From the IMG/VR virus record IMGVR_UViG_3300023179_000056, positions 27,886 through 91,885 of that record: a DNA stretch of 64,000 nt; one strand, written 5' to 3'. The stretch comes from a virus. The notes below the pieces were generated by a model, which worked only from the letters and a program-made list of their open reading frames with translations, was not told the DNA's origin and did no database searches. A program made the position numbers and the translations under genes. Below, piece after piece: positions 1-11,724 of this stretch. Within the stretch, counting starts at the first letter, position 1. Each line of letters opens with the position of its first letter.

Positions 1-45
1 GTTGAGATAGTTGGTCTTTGGTGTTGCTCTTGTAATGGTTGCCAT
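1..45 (-). CDS. N-terminus of a gene running off the window (MATITRATPKTNYLN...), possibly a gp55-like late sigma factor
   Basis: ATG at 45 with AAGGA RBS and a TTGACA-16-TATAAT promoter at 101-74. The KxNYLN motif resembles gp55-family N-termini, but only 15 codons are visible. Confidence 0.35.
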   Translation of the reverse strand, partial: MATITRATPKTNYLN

Positions 46-155
46 TGGGGCAAGATCCTTTAAAATATTATTTATTATAGCATATCTTCCCAGTTTGTCA
101 ATGATTATAAACTACGCGGTTTATTTTTTGGGTAAATAAAGAGTAGGGAATTATC

Positions 156-1661
156 ATGGCATACAGCAAAAATAACGCAACATCATTCAATCAATTGATA
201 CAACAAGGCCTCACAGTGACCGACGCCACTGCACAATCTGGAGTTAGTTCTGATGCTGCTTCATACGGCTCTGGTACAAATTTCAATGCAGGTGCAATAA
301 TTCCAGGTGCAGGGGGAGATATTGTCTCGTCAGGAATGACACAAGTACCCTACCCACAACCTAGCATTGCCGTAGATGCACAACCTGCCATAAAGAGTAA
401 TCCAGTAGTTGATCCACGTGTAATTGTGGTCACACCTCCGCTCCCTACTGTAACAATAATTGAACAACCATCTCCATATGTTGATGCTACAGGAGTAGAT
501 GCTGCGGTAAATGCAGCAACAGCGGCAGCACAACTATCTCCATATGTTGATGCTACAGGAGTAGATGCTGCGGTAAATGCAGCAACAGCGGCAGCACAAC
601 TATCTCCATATGTTGATGCTACAGGAGTAGATGCTGCGGTGATTGCTGCTAGCACACAAATAACACCAGCGGCTGCACCAGTTATAGTAAATCCAACAGA
701 TGCAAGACTTGCAGCTGGCACACAAACAACGCCAGCGGCTGCACCAGTTGTAGTAAATCCAACAGATGCAAGACTTGCAGCTGGCACACAAACAACGCCT
801 CTAAATGCTGCCACTGACGCCAACTCAAAAGCCTTGGTCGGTACACAATTGGCACAAAGACAAGCAGTATTAGAGGCGCAACGCAAATTGGTCAACAACG
901 GTGATTGGCGTGTGAGACTTAGTCTTGCTGCTGGTGCTAACTATTTGTACAATGAGCCATCGAACCCTGGTATACTGGAACCATTGGCTAGAACCGGCGG
1001 AGTAATATTTCCATACATGCCCAAGATTGACGTGGCATACAAAGCTGACTATGACCCTTACACACTTACACATTCAAATTACAAAGGGTATTTCTACAAA
1101 AGCAGTTATACCGACGCTGTGACTCTCACTGCAACATTCACAGCACAAGACACATCAGAAGCTAATTATTTGTTAGCAGTGATACATTTTTTCAGATCAG
1201 TAACAAAAATGTTTTATGGTCAAGATGCACAACGTGGTGCTCCGCCACCACTGGTATATCTAACTGGACTTGGTGAATATCAGTTTGCAGCACATCCTTG
1301 TGTGGTCAGCAGTTTTCAATATAGTTTGCCCAATGATGTAGATTATATTCGCGCAGGCAGTCCCAATATCAATGGTACCAATTTGATCACTCGCAGAGCA
1401 AGACAAGACTTGCCTACCAATCCTATAACAGGTGCTGTTAAACGATTAGAAAACTTGTTCTCTAGTCAAGGTATCAACAAAGGCGCTATTACAAGTACAC
1501 AGGCACCACCGTCATTGAGTAAAAATTCTCCAACTTATGTGCCTACCAAGATTGATTGTACAATAAGTCTATTGCCCATGCAAACTCGTGCTCAAGTCAG
1601 CCAGGTGTTCAGCCTCAAGAGCTTTGCCAACGGTGACTTGATCAAAGGAGGATTCTGGTAA
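156..1661 (+). CDS. Virion baseplate/tail-tube-associated protein with low-complexity repeat N-terminus
   Basis: 501-aa ORF after a TAAATA late promoter (133). C-terminal GVIFPYMP...THSNY...GAPPPLVYL domain; first gene of the baseplate cluster. Confidence 0.6.
   Translation: MAYSKNNATSFNQLIQQGLTVTDATAQSGVSSDAASYGSGTNFNAGAIIPGAGGDIVSSGMTQVPYPQPSIAVDAQPAIKSNPVVDPRVIVVTPPLPTVTIIEQPSPYVDATGVDAAVNAATAAAQLSPYVDATGVDAAVNAATAAAQLSPYVDATGVDAAVIAASTQITPAAAPVIVNPTDARLAAGTQTTPAAAPVVVNPTDARLAAGTQTTPLNAATDANSKALVGTQLAQRQAVLEAQRKLVNNGDWRVRLSLAAGANYLYNEPSNPGILEPLARTGGVIFPYMPKIDVAYKADYDPYTLTHSNYKGYFYKSSYTDAVTLTATFTAQDTSEANYLLAVIHFFRSVTKMFYGQDAQRGAPPPLVYLTGLGEYQFAAHPCVVSSFQYSLPNDVDYIRAGSPNINGTNLITRRARQDLPTNPITGAVKRLENLFSSQGINKGAITSTQAPPSLSKNSPTYVPTKIDCTISLLPMQTRAQVSQVFSLKSFANGDLIKGGFW
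471..799 (+). repeat. Two consecutive in-frame 66-bp tandem repeat families
   Basis: Unit A (SPYVDATGVDAAVNAATAAAQL) starts at 471, 537, 603. Unit B (TQTTPAAAPVVVNPTDARLAAG) starts at 652, 718, 784; last copies are partial. Confidence 0.95.
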
Positions 1662-1960
1662 TGGCCACATACGACTCGACTAGTGCATACTATACCACAG
1701 GGTACAGTCAATTTTTCTTGGATGTAATGACCAATCGTGCCATCCCCAAAGAAAGTGATGATCGACTCATGCAGATCAATCAAACATACCAGTATAGACC
1801 TGACTTATTGGCCTTGGATTTGTATGATAATCCTGGACTATGGTGGGTGTTTTATCAACGCAACCCCAACACACTCACAGCACCTCCACTGGATTTCAAA
1901 GCAGGCGTGCAGATTTATCTACCCAAAATAACTACGTTACGTAGCGTATTAGGATTCTAA
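1661..1960 (+). CDS. Baseplate wedge protein, gp53/LysM-like
   Basis: 99 aa with YRPDLLALDLYDNPGLWWVF motif typical of gp53/tail-X proteins. Confidence 0.75.
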   Translation: MATYDSTSAYYTTGYSQFFLDVMTNRAIPKESDDRLMQINQTYQYRPDLLALDLYDNPGLWWVFYQRNPNTLTAPPLDFKAGVQIYLPKITTLRSVLGF

Positions 1961-1962
1961 GC

Positions 1963-3441
1963 ATGGCATTATATATTGCTAATGAACTTTTTGTTCCTGG
2001 GCAGTTGTTGACAGCACGACAAATGTTAGCAATTGCTGCTGGCCTACAATTAGGTTTAACATATTCCTCAGATGTATTAGAACAATATTATGCTCAAGGC
2101 GGCCAGCTTGGAGCAGCACTGTTGGCTCAACAGCAAAGTATTGGTGCCCTTGCTAGCAGTAGTGCAGGTGATATCACAGCACAAGCACAAGTGGCCAGAG
2201 ATGATCAGGCTAATACCACAGCAACAGACCCACAGCAAAAAGTGGAAACTCCTGATGGTCGCATCACTAACAAAACACCTGTGGCAAATTCCAATGCCAA
2301 TCAACCCGACACTACCAACAATGGTAATACGGATGCGGGCACCAATGCTGAAACAAGAACACTAAACAACACTCAAGCCATACCATCTCCGGAACCATCG
2401 GGTGTGTTGCCGGCTCCGCCATTTAGGGATCCTCAACAACAAGCAGAATTCAACAACTTGCAAACTCAAGGAGCATTGCCCGGTTATGCTCCAGTTAATA
2501 ATGCCACTCAAGGTGGAGTGGGCGCACGAGGCGATGATGCCGCACAACCTACCACCAATGCAGTACGAAATAGACTGGATGAACTGTATGGAGGTATATC
2601 CAATGCTATTGTATCGCAAGATAATATTTTGGATTTTTATGCCAGCTATACCTATAGTCTCAGCTGGTATCTAGTGGACCCTGAAACTTACAATAAATTG
2701 GTCAAATCTCCCAAGAGAAATCTTGAAGGCTACTATCTCCTGGTACAAAGTGGAGGTGCTCCAGTCAACAACCAAGTGCCTGCAAACAACGGAGCCAATC
2801 CCACTGTACAAACATCGAGCACAGTGGGTTATGGGCGCAGTCCATTTTTTCCACTAGACTATTACATTGACAATCTTGAATTCAATGTTGCTTATGCAGG
2901 CACTGCAACCATGGGTGCAGCTACATTTAGCGATTTAACATTTACCATAACCGAACCCAACGGAATTTCGTTGTTGGATAATTTGTACAGTGCTGTGGCA
3001 GATTTATACAGTAAAAAAAATATTGTCAAACCAGGAACCCCACCAAATTATTCTGCTGCAATATATGTGATGGTAATAAGATTTTATGGGTACGATGTGG
3101 ACGGAAATCTTGTACAACCCATCGGACAACGAACCGGAGTTACAGATAATCAAGCAGTAGTGGAAAAATTTATTCCTTTTATCATTAGCAATATTGATTT
3201 CAAAGTGGCTAACAAGCTGGTTGAATATCAAATTGCCGGAACAGTACCAGGCACCGCAACAGGATTCAGTACCAATCGAGGCAGTATCCCGCAAAACTTT
3301 CAATTTCAAGGTACCACAGTCAAAGACATTCTGGTTGGAACAGTGGTACAACAAACAGCTAGTCAAGCAGCAGGCGATCAAACTAGAAATGGCATTCCTA
3401 TATCTGATGCTCCCAACAACACTGGATTAGGAATAAGATAA
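1963..3441 (+). CDS. Baseplate hub-like protein, N-terminal part
   Basis: 492 aa; NILDFYASYTYSLS and FTITEPNGISL motifs; lies between gp53-like and gp5-like genes. Confidence 0.55.
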   Translation: MALYIANELFVPGQLLTARQMLAIAAGLQLGLTYSSDVLEQYYAQGGQLGAALLAQQQSIGALASSSAGDITAQAQVARDDQANTTATDPQQKVETPDGRITNKTPVANSNANQPDTTNNGNTDAGTNAETRTLNNTQAIPSPEPSGVLPAPPFRDPQQQAEFNNLQTQGALPGYAPVNNATQGGVGARGDDAAQPTTNAVRNRLDELYGGISNAIVSQDNILDFYASYTYSLSWYLVDPETYNKLVKSPKRNLEGYYLLVQSGGAPVNNQVPANNGANPTVQTSSTVGYGRSPFFPLDYYIDNLEFNVAYAGTATMGAATFSDLTFTITEPNGISLLDNLYSAVADLYSKKNIVKPGTPPNYSAAIYVMVIRFYGYDVDGNLVQPIGQRTGVTDNQAVVEKFIPFIISNIDFKVANKLVEYQIAGTVPGTATGFSTNRGSIPQNFQFQGTTVKDILVGTVVQQTASQAAGDQTRNGIPISDAPNNTGLGIR

Positions 3442-3442
3442 C

Positions 3443-5155
3443 ATGGCTGATAATCTACAACCAACACCGAGATACACTGGCAAACCAGGAGAAAGCATTT
3501 TGGCCAATGCTGCTGCTGGACTTGCACCAGCCAAAGCTGACGCTGCACCAAAATCTGGCGCCACCGAAACAGGTACTGGACTAATTGCAGCACTCAATGC
3601 CTATTGGGCAGGAATAGCCAACTCAAAAGGGCTAATACCTGATATTTACGAAATCAAATTTGTTGATCCTTTGTTGAGCAATGCCAGCGTGATTCCACCA
3701 GGGCCATTGGATAAAAGTTTTGCTGGCGGATCTTTACAGGTAACTGCTGCTGATGAGCTACTGCCTGAAAAACAAAACATGAGTCCGGCTGTGAGACAAC
3801 GATCTGCTACAGCCGGACAACAGATTCTACAATTCATTGACACAGTATTGCGTAACAGCAATTACATCACAGATCAGCAAAAAGTAATTTGGAATTCAAA
3901 AACCAACACATGGGATTACAACGGAAAACCTGCACAAAACTTTGCGTGGTTCAATATCTCTTGTCAAGCCGAACAGTTACAGTATGATCCCAAGCAGAAT
4001 GATTTTGCATATAGGATAACTTATATTATTGCACCGTACCAAATTCCTGTTCAAAGTGAATACTTTGACAACAGTTCTTTCAGAGGTGTACACAAAGTTT
4101 ACAATTACTGGTTCACAGGGCAAAATTCTCAAGTCACACACTTTGAACAAAATTACAACAATGCCTGGACACAGTCATTGACTAGTGATGTATCTGTCAG
4201 AGCAGGCAATGACTCCAACGCCAGTCGAGTAAACAGCAGAGAGCAATGGAAAAAAAGATACATGCCGGCTAGTAATCAAGCTAGGCAAGGCAGCGACGGC
4301 AACACATTTGAACCCGGTGCCAATGCTGCTGATTATCTTTACTCTGTTGATACTGCTACTATTGCATTAAACATACTAGGAGATCCTGCATGGATTCCGT
4401 CACCAACCAATGTACAGCCAGGACAATTTAGCACGTCACCTTTTTTTCCTGATGGCAGCATTAACACCACAGCAAGTGCAGCGTATTTTGAGTTTGCCTG
4501 GAACCGGCCCACTGATTACAATACAACCACTGGACTTATGGATCCAGGGCAAAACAACTTTGGTTCCAGTTACAGTAATTATGTTGTAAAAAGAGCCAAT
4601 GACAAAGCAGGTGTTGCTCAACAAGCTGTTTCGTATCTGGCAACTGGTGTAAAAAGTAAATTTCGTGGTGGTAAATTCACTCAAGAACTAACCGGAACAT
4701 GGTTGCAAACCCCTGCTAAAAATGCTGTAGCTGCTGCCGACACTGGTAGAAAAACTGATCCAGTTACTGGAACAACACCAGTAGGCAGCATTAACAATGC
4801 ACAAGATCCCGAACGAGGTGGCACTGGTGTTAAATCTCTGGGATTACAAGCTGGTGCATCAGTGTATAACATTAATAATTTTCAAAATCTTGCTACATCA
4901 GTGGTAAACATCAACTCTTCATCCACTCCAAATTCAATTGCGTCAGTTAATACTGCTGAACTCAGACCAGCTGAGCCACCCACTCAAAACCCAGCTCTGA
5001 CCCCTAATCCTGCTGTGGCAGCGCCGCCGGTATTGCCAAAAAACGGGTTAGGTAGCGGAGCTTATGACTCAGAATTTACCAACTTCAGTGATACAGCAGT
5101 ATCATCTACACCAACACAAGGCATTGTAAATGATGATCAAGGTAAACCAAGATAA
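3443..5155 (+). CDS. Baseplate hub-like (gp27-like) protein, C-terminal part
   Basis: 570 aa; YNYWFTGQN, LNILGDPAWI and SKFRGGKFTQEL motifs typical of hub proteins. Confidence 0.6.
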   Translation: MADNLQPTPRYTGKPGESILANAAAGLAPAKADAAPKSGATETGTGLIAALNAYWAGIANSKGLIPDIYEIKFVDPLLSNASVIPPGPLDKSFAGGSLQVTAADELLPEKQNMSPAVRQRSATAGQQILQFIDTVLRNSNYITDQQKVIWNSKTNTWDYNGKPAQNFAWFNISCQAEQLQYDPKQNDFAYRITYIIAPYQIPVQSEYFDNSSFRGVHKVYNYWFTGQNSQVTHFEQNYNNAWTQSLTSDVSVRAGNDSNASRVNSREQWKKRYMPASNQARQGSDGNTFEPGANAADYLYSVDTATIALNILGDPAWIPSPTNVQPGQFSTSPFFPDGSINTTASAAYFEFAWNRPTDYNTTTGLMDPGQNNFGSSYSNYVVKRANDKAGVAQQAVSYLATGVKSKFRGGKFTQELTGTWLQTPAKNAVAAADTGRKTDPVTGTTPVGSINNAQDPERGGTGVKSLGLQAGASVYNINNFQNLATSVVNINSSSTPNSIASVNTAELRPAEPPTQNPALTPNPAVAAPPVLPKNGLGSGAYDSEFTNFSDTAVSSTPTQGIVNDDQGKPR

Positions 5156-5170
5156 AGGAAACATGTTGCA

Positions 5171-6688
5171 ATGACAACCAATACAAATCAAGCATCTGGC
5201 AGAACAAAGAATTTCAAGTTTGATCGTGGGGGCACACCCGCCGAGATGGGACCATTCATTGGCCGAATTGTCAACAACATTGATGCTACTCGTACTGGTC
5301 GTGTACAAGTGTTTATTGAACAATTTGCCACAGGCCAACCCAGCACCAATCCCGAAACCTGGCGATGGGTGCGTTATCTATCACCATTCTATGGAGTAAC
5401 AGAAAAAAACAGTACCAGTGCAGGAGCAGGCTCATATCCGGGCAATCAACAAAGCTATGGCATGTGGTTCACTCCTCCGGACATGGGAACATTGGTCATG
5501 TGTTTTTTTGTGGAAGGAGATCCTGACCAAGGCTACTACGTTGGCAGTGTGATTGACAACAGTTTGAATCACATGTTGCCCGCCATTGGTGCTGCTAACA
5601 AATCTCAGTATGTTACACAAAACAAAACTCAAGCAGCATATTTTGCAGATGCTCCACAACTTCCAGTTACTGAAATCAACACAGCCAATAAAGAATTAGA
5701 TCAGAATCCCAGGTTCTTTGATCAACCCAAGCCGGTACACAGTTATCAAGCAGCTATATTTTTTCAACAAGGTCTAGACAAAGATCCTGAACGTGGACCC
5801 ATTATATCCAATGCACAACGAGAAAGCCCTAGCACAGTGTATGGTATATCCACACCAGGACAACCAATATACCAAGGTGGGCTAGATCCTGCTACCATAC
5901 GCAAACAACTCAACGCAGGCTCAGTTAACCCTCAAGATGTCAGGGTCATTGGCCGTAAAGGCGGGCATACTTTGGTAATGGACGATGGCGACCTGGAAAA
6001 TAAAAATGCTTTGTTTAGATTGAGAACATCCAAAGGTCATCAGATCATGATGAATGATTCAGAAAATTTCTTTCAAATTATTCATGCCAATGGACAAACC
6101 TGGTTGGAGTTTGGCGAAGAAGGCACAGTGGATGTTTATTCCACTAATTCAGTGAATGTTCGTACACAAGGTACTATAAACTTACATGCTGACAAAGATA
6201 TCAACATGTATGCCGGCGGCAATCTCAACATGAAATCAAATTCCAATACCAACATAGGTGCAGTAGGTACCATGGACCTAGCCAGTCAAGGTGAAATGGT
6301 ATTGTATGGGCAATCAACTGTGGGAATAAAAGCCGATGGATCACTGGCATTGCAAAGCAAAATCACTGGATCATTTGACGGTGGCGCTTCATTGAGACTC
6401 AAAGCAGCCAGAATAGATCTCAACGGATTACCGCCAACTCCAGTTAAAACTCCTAGGCTGTATCCCAAAACCACATTGGATGACACTGAATTTGATAATT
6501 CTACTGGATGGAAAGTAAAACCAAAATCTTTAGAAAGTATTGTCACTCGTGCTCCTACTCATGAGCCATATCCATATCACAACAAAGGAGTAGCAGTTAG
6601 TGTAAATCTTGGAGGCACAGGAGCGCCTACTCCGCCTCCAGCAGCAGAACCAGTTCCTACAAACTGGAGTATCATAAGAAAATCATGA
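5171..6688 (+). CDS. Baseplate central spike, gp5/VgrG OB-fold
   Basis: D..RTGRVQV and SYGMWFTPPD.G..V.C.F..GD motifs followed by beta-helix repeats. Confidence 0.85.
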   Translation: MTTNTNQASGRTKNFKFDRGGTPAEMGPFIGRIVNNIDATRTGRVQVFIEQFATGQPSTNPETWRWVRYLSPFYGVTEKNSTSAGAGSYPGNQQSYGMWFTPPDMGTLVMCFFVEGDPDQGYYVGSVIDNSLNHMLPAIGAANKSQYVTQNKTQAAYFADAPQLPVTEINTANKELDQNPRFFDQPKPVHSYQAAIFFQQGLDKDPERGPIISNAQRESPSTVYGISTPGQPIYQGGLDPATIRKQLNAGSVNPQDVRVIGRKGGHTLVMDDGDLENKNALFRLRTSKGHQIMMNDSENFFQIIHANGQTWLEFGEEGTVDVYSTNSVNVRTQGTINLHADKDINMYAGGNLNMKSNSNTNIGAVGTMDLASQGEMVLYGQSTVGIKADGSLALQSKITGSFDGGASLRLKAARIDLNGLPPTPVKTPRLYPKTTLDDTEFDNSTGWKVKPKSLESIVTRAPTHEPYPYHNKGVAVSVNLGGTGAPTPPPAAEPVPTNWSIIRKS

Positions 6689-7797
6689 GCAACTTTACAT
6701 TCACTGGTCCAGATGGTGCAACTTACGAAGTTCAAGGACCTCCTACAGCTACATTTTCCCAAGCTCAAGCAGTGTTTGCTCAACAAATTTCCACCGGCGG
6801 CCTAACTGGATTACCGGTAGGAGGGTTAGTTAATGCAGTGACTCAATCAGCTGGCGGCCTAAGTTCTGCGGTGGCACAGCTGGGGTCACAAGCTATAAGT
6901 TTGACAAAACAAATAGGCAATTATATCAATCTGCCTAACTTAACTGGCCTACCAGTGCCCAACGCTATCACTACAAGTGATTTTGTCAATACCAGAACCT
7001 TGGCGCAAACAATTGGAACCATTGGGTCTACACAAATACAAGGATTAGTAGCGCAAACTGCTGCATCAGTTAATCAAGCTGTGGATGTGATTACCAACAC
7101 CAAGGGGCTGGGACAATTTGGGTTCAATGCTGACCAACTACAACTATCAGGTTTGATCAAACCAGGGCTGGCTGATCAGATCAACCTTGACCCATCTCAA
7201 TTTACCAGCATACTATCAAGTCCCACCAGCTGGACAGGCAAATTAGGCGCAACTGACATTACTTCTGTTCTCAGCAGCGGCAGTTTACAAACCACAGTGC
7301 AACAAGGATTAATGAACACAGCCCTTGATCAGCTTAAACAACTAGGCACAATTACAGGGTCAGAATCAGCAACACAACTGGGTCCGTTGTTAAATGTAGC
7401 TACAAAATTTAGTGCAGGTACTGCCACTGAATGGCTATCCGGTGCCACCGGAGCATCGGGTATTACCAGTGCAATAACCAGTGCTGTGGGTGGCAATATA
7501 AGTGGACTAATCTCCGGCGGAGGTATCGGCGGTGCAGCTAGTTTGTTAACTGGCGGGTTGACGTCGGCGCCTGGGTTATCGTCGGCAATAGATGGCTTTG
7601 CACAATCTGCACAATTTGCGCAGGTATTTTCATTTGCTAGTTCTTTTTTGGGTGGCGGTGGAAACCCGCTAGAAGCAGGTACTGTGACTCCTGCGCCCGC
7701 CACCAACACAGTGAATAGACAAACTGTAAATCAAGCAGTGTTAGCCATAATTGGCAACAACAAAATACCCGTGCCGGACTTTGTACCAACAGCGTAA
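6685..7797 (+). CDS. Putative virion structural protein (Gly/Ser/Ala-rich)
   Basis: 370-aa ORF overlapping the gp5-like stop, within the structural operon. Confidence 0.55.
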   Translation: MSNFTFTGPDGATYEVQGPPTATFSQAQAVFAQQISTGGLTGLPVGGLVNAVTQSAGGLSSAVAQLGSQAISLTKQIGNYINLPNLTGLPVPNAITTSDFVNTRTLAQTIGTIGSTQIQGLVAQTAASVNQAVDVITNTKGLGQFGFNADQLQLSGLIKPGLADQINLDPSQFTSILSSPTSWTGKLGATDITSVLSSGSLQTTVQQGLMNTALDQLKQLGTITGSESATQLGPLLNVATKFSAGTATEWLSGATGASGITSAITSAVGGNISGLISGGGIGGAASLLTGGLTSAPGLSSAIDGFAQSAQFAQVFSFASSFLGGGGNPLEAGTVTPAPATNTVNRQTVNQAVLAIIGNNKIPVPDFVPTA

Positions 7798-7830
7798 ATC
7801 TGCACTGGAATTCAATGGATAAATATCAAC

Positions 7831-8205
7831 ATGCCTACATTCATTGGATTCAACACACAAAATCAATACAAAAAGTTTACTGTAGTAGACCAAGAGCTAA
7901 TCAAACGTGATCTCTTGAACGCTTTTAACATATGGCAAGGTCAGCTGCCTGGCCGGCCTGCATACGGTACCATACTTTGGGATTTTTTATTTGAAAGCCA
8001 GGATCAAACTACTATGGCTGCTATCTTGAGAGAAGTACAGCGTGTGGCCGGCGGCGACCCTAGAGTAGCGGTTACAGATGTAAATTTATTTCCACAAGAA
8101 AATGGTGTGCTAATTGAAATTGAAGTGCAATTTGTTCCCAATACTGATGCTCAATTGTTGAGCGTGTTCTTTGATCAACAACAACGTAGAGCTTCGTTTG
8201 TATAA
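7831..8205 (+). CDS. Baseplate wedge subunit, gp25-like
   Basis: LIKRDLLNAF...G...RPAYGTILWDFLFE...DPRV motif; TAAATA upstream. Confidence 0.85.
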   Translation: MPTFIGFNTQNQYKKFTVVDQELIKRDLLNAFNIWQGQLPGRPAYGTILWDFLFESQDQTTMAAILREVQRVAGGDPRVAVTDVNLFPQENGVLIEIEVQFVPNTDAQLLSVFFDQQQRRASFV

Positions 8206-8253
8206 ACGTAGCCGTTTATATATTCGGTAAATAACAAATAACAACGGACAATC

Positions 8254-11200
8254 ATGGCAACCACTACCAGACAAACAGTTATATTCGGAGTAGAAGATTG
8301 GAAACGCATCTACGAGACCTACAGAGAAGCGGATTTCCAAAGCTATGACTTTGAAACCTTACGCAAAAGTTTTGTAGACTATCTGAGACAGTATTACCCA
8401 GAGACTTTTAATGATTACATTGAAAGTTCAGAATTCATTGCACTGTTAGATGTGATAGCATTCATGGGTCAGGCCATGAGTTTTCGTAATGATCTCAACA
8501 CCAGAGAAAACTACATAGACACTGCTGAACGTAGAGACAGTGTGGTTCGACTGGCCAATTTAATAAGTTATACACCCAAACGAAACACTGCTGCCAGTGG
8601 GTATCTCAAAGTATTTTCTGTTCAAACCACAGAAAACCTCACAGACTTCAATGGTATAAATCTAGCCAATGTCACAATCAACTGGAACGATCCTACCAAC
8701 TTCAATTGGTTAGAGCAGTTCACAGCCGTTATCAATGCAGCATTGGTAGATACACAACGAGTTGGACGTCCAGGCAATCGTGAAACCATAGTGGGAGTAG
8801 ATACATCAGAATATGCAATCAACCTGGTTCCTGGATTTTTGCCAGTATTACCCTACACAGCCACGGTGGATGGGGTTAATATGCCATTTGAAGCAGTGAA
8901 TGCCACATCGGTTGGGACACCATCAACTTCTCCTTTTATCTTTGAGCCAGCACCACAACCTAGTGGTATTTTCAACGTGTTGTTCCGCAATGACTCACTG
9001 GGTTATGCAGCAGCCAATACAGGATATTTTTTCTACTTCAAGCAAGGTGTATTGCAAAATCAAGATTTTAATCTAGCTGAACGCATTCCTAATCGCACAG
9101 TCAATATCAATATTGATGGTGTAAACAATGAAGATCGTTGGTTGTTTCAACTTGACAATACTGGCACAGTAACTAAACAATGGCAGTATGTACAGTCTGT
9201 ATATGCTGCGGCAGCAGAACAACTGGCACCAGACCAACGTAGTTTATTTTCAGTAACATCCAGGGCCAACGATCAAATCACATTGACATTTGGCGACGGT
9301 GTATTTTCAGCTGTGCCTACTGGGTTGTTCCGTGCATATGTTCGTGCATCAAACGGATTACAATACATTATTAATCCAGAAGAAATGCAAAGTGTAGTAT
9401 TGCCTATCAGCTATATCAGCAGATCAGGACAGTTGGAAACTATCACATTTACCTGTGGTATCACAACCCCAGTAAGCAATGCTCAAGCTAGAGAAACACT
9501 GGATGAAATCAAACAACGTGCGCCTGCTAGATACTATACACAGAATCGCATGGTCAACGGTGAAGATTACACTAACTTTCCGTTTACTGAATACAATTCT
9601 ATCATCAAGAGTTATGCATTAAACCGTGCCAGTATTGGTACCAGTAGATATCTTGATCTAGTGGACAACACAGGCAAGTACAGCTCCACCAACATCTTTG
9701 CATCTGACGGTGCCATATGGGAAGAAAATCAGTTGCCTACATTTTTGTTCAACTGGCTTACCAACAATGACATTGCTAATGTGCTGGTTAATCAAGTACA
9801 GCCAATAATAGCAACTGATGCATTTGTGCAGTTTTACTATGCCAACTTTCTTAGACCAGATCTAGCAGTATTGAATTTAACCTGGCATCAGAGCACAACG
9901 TTGGCCAATGAAACCACTGGATACTTTGTGAATGCTGCCGGCAATCCTGCACCTATCGGCGCATACAGCAGTTCTAATTCAAAATTTATTACTGTGGGCA
10001 GTTTGGTTAAATTTACAGCACCCGCAGGCTATTTCTTTGATGCCACCAATCGACTCAAATTGGGCATACCCACACTAGCAGATGAACGCTTGTACTTTTG
10101 GGCTAGTCCTTTGAGTATCTATCTAGACGGAACCAATCAAGGGCAAGGAAACTTTGTAGATGGAACAGGACCTGTGGCCATGAATGTGTTTGTGCCAACT
10201 GGTGCAATTCCAACTGAAGTAATTCCATTGTTAATTACCAGTTTGCCCAGCAGTTTAATCACAGAAATCACACAACAAATTTTGCTGTATAGAAATTTTG
10301 GGTTAGGATATGACAACACCGGCGCAATCACAGGTACACCGTACACATGGTATCTAATCACGTCCAACAACATAGACGTTGATGCCACTTTTAGTTTGGT
10401 CAATGCAGGTAGCACATCCGGCACAAATCAAGATGCCAGCTGGATGATCCAAGCAGTGACCAATGGTACAAAATACACAGTAACCAGTCGTGCATTGGTG
10501 TACAATTGGGGTTCGGTATTACAAACAAGATTTTTCTTTGAAACCGGCAATCGCATCTATGATCCGCGACTGGGCAATATAGTGAGCGACTATATTAATG
10601 TGCTCAAAGTCAATAGTTTGCCTGACTCAAATAGTCCTCAACCCGGGGACATTTATCTCAAGATTACCGGACAGCCTGTGCAGTCCGACGGACTAGTTGA
10701 TGATTTCCAAGTCATCGTCAGCTATGAAGATCGTAACAATGATGGTGTTACAGATGATCCTGATTTCTTCAATGAAATTGTTGCGCCTGACGTGAATTCA
10801 AATACAAAATATGTATTCTTCCAAAAGACCGTGGACTTTGACAATCTGCAACGCTATTTGTTAATTGCCTCTGGAGTTGTCAACAGTGACTATGCTACCA
10901 TGGATGATATTGAAGCTGTAAAAGCTCAATACATTATTGGGCAGATTTTTTATGCATATTCACAAACAATAACAGTGGGACCATTGGCCGGACAAGTGGG
11001 TGCGTTTTATCAATTGGTAATCAGTACCAATGGAACAAAAATCCTACTGGACGTGTCAGGGGAGTGGTTGGCCAAAGTGGGACGATCAGGAATGTATTTC
11101 CAATACCGGCACAATGCTCCGCTGACCGACCGTATTGATCCAGGTACTACCAACATTATTGATTTGTATGTGGTCACCCAGGCCTATTACACAGCTTATC

Positions 11201-11724
11201 AAAATTGGATTAGAGATTCAACAAACACAGTGCCCAAACCTGATGTTCCCACAATTAATGAACTCAGCACTGCATATCAAGGACTTGATTCTTACAAAAT
11301 GATATCTGACAATATAGTATTAAATTCAGTATCATTCAAGCCGTTGTTTGGTCCCAAAGCAGCTGAAAATCTACGTGCAACAATCAAGGTAATACGTGCT
11401 GCCAATTCCACTGCTAGCGAAAGTGAAATTAAAACCCTGGTAGTGGCCAATTTAAATGAATATTTCAGCATTGACAAATGGAATTTTGGAGATACATTTT
11501 ATTTCTCAGAACTGGCTGCATACATCCACAGAAACATGGGCGGCATCGTGAGCTCAGTGGTGTTGGTGCCATTGGATCCATTGAAATATTTTGGTGACTT
11601 GTATGAAATACATTCAGCACCGAATGAAATATTTGTAAATGGTGCCGGTGTAAGCTCAGTAGAGGTTATAACTTCCTTGACTTCAACTAATATCAGAACT
11701 GCACCCGGCAGCGGAGTAATTTAA
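8254..11724 (+). CDS. Baseplate wedge subunit, gp6-like
   Basis: 1156 aa; DFETLRK...[15 protein letters not shown] and [17 protein letters not shown] motifs. Confidence 0.85.
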   Translation: MATTTRQTVIFGVEDWKRIYETYREADFQSYDFETLRKSFVDYLRQYYPETFNDYIESSEFIALLDVIAFMGQAMSFRNDLNTRENYIDTAERRDSVVRLANLISYTPKRNTAASGYLKVFSVQTTENLTDFNGINLANVTINWNDPTNFNWLEQFTAVINAALVDTQRVGRPGNRETIVGVDTSEYAINLVPGFLPVLPYTATVDGVNMPFEAVNATSVGTPSTSPFIFEPAPQPSGIFNVLFRNDSLGYAAANTGYFFYFKQGVLQNQDFNLAERIPNRTVNINIDGVNNEDRWLFQLDNTGTVTKQWQYVQSVYAAAAEQLAPDQRSLFSVTSRANDQITLTFGDGVFSAVPTGLFRAYVRASNGLQYIINPEEMQSVVLPISYISRSGQLETITFTCGITTPVSNAQARETLDEIKQRAPARYYTQNRMVNGEDYTNFPFTEYNSIIKSYALNRASIGTSRYLDLVDNTGKYSSTNIFASDGAIWEENQLPTFLFNWLTNNDIANVLVNQVQPIIATDAFVQFYYANFLRPDLAVLNLTWHQSTTLANETTGYFVNAAGNPAPIGAYSSSNSKFITVGSLVKFTAPAGYFFDATNRLKLGIPTLADERLYFWASPLSIYLDGTNQGQGNFVDGTGPVAMNVFVPTGAIPTEVIPLLITSLPSSLITEITQQILLYRNFGLGYDNTGAITGTPYTWYLITSNNIDVDATFSLVNAGSTSGTNQDASWMIQAVTNGTKYTVTSRALVYNWGSVLQTRFFFETGNRIYDPRLGNIVSDYINVLKVNSLPDSNSPQPGDIYLKITGQPVQSDGLVDDFQVIVSYEDRNNDGVTDDPDFFNEIVAPDVNSNTKYVFFQKTVDFDNLQRYLLIASGVVNSDYATMDDIEAVKAQYIIGQIFYAYSQTITVGPLAGQVGAFYQLVISTNGTKILLDVSGEWLAKVGRSGMYFQYRHNAPLTDRIDPGTTNIIDLYVVTQAYYTAYQNWIRDSTNTVPKPDVPTINELSTAYQGLDSYKMISDNIVLNSVSFKPLFGPKAAENLRATIKVIRAANSTASESEIKTLVVANLNEYFSIDKWNFGDTFYFSELAAYIHRNMGGIVSSVVLVPLDPLKYFGDLYEIHSAPNEIFVNGAGVSSVEVITSLTSTNIRTAPGSGVI

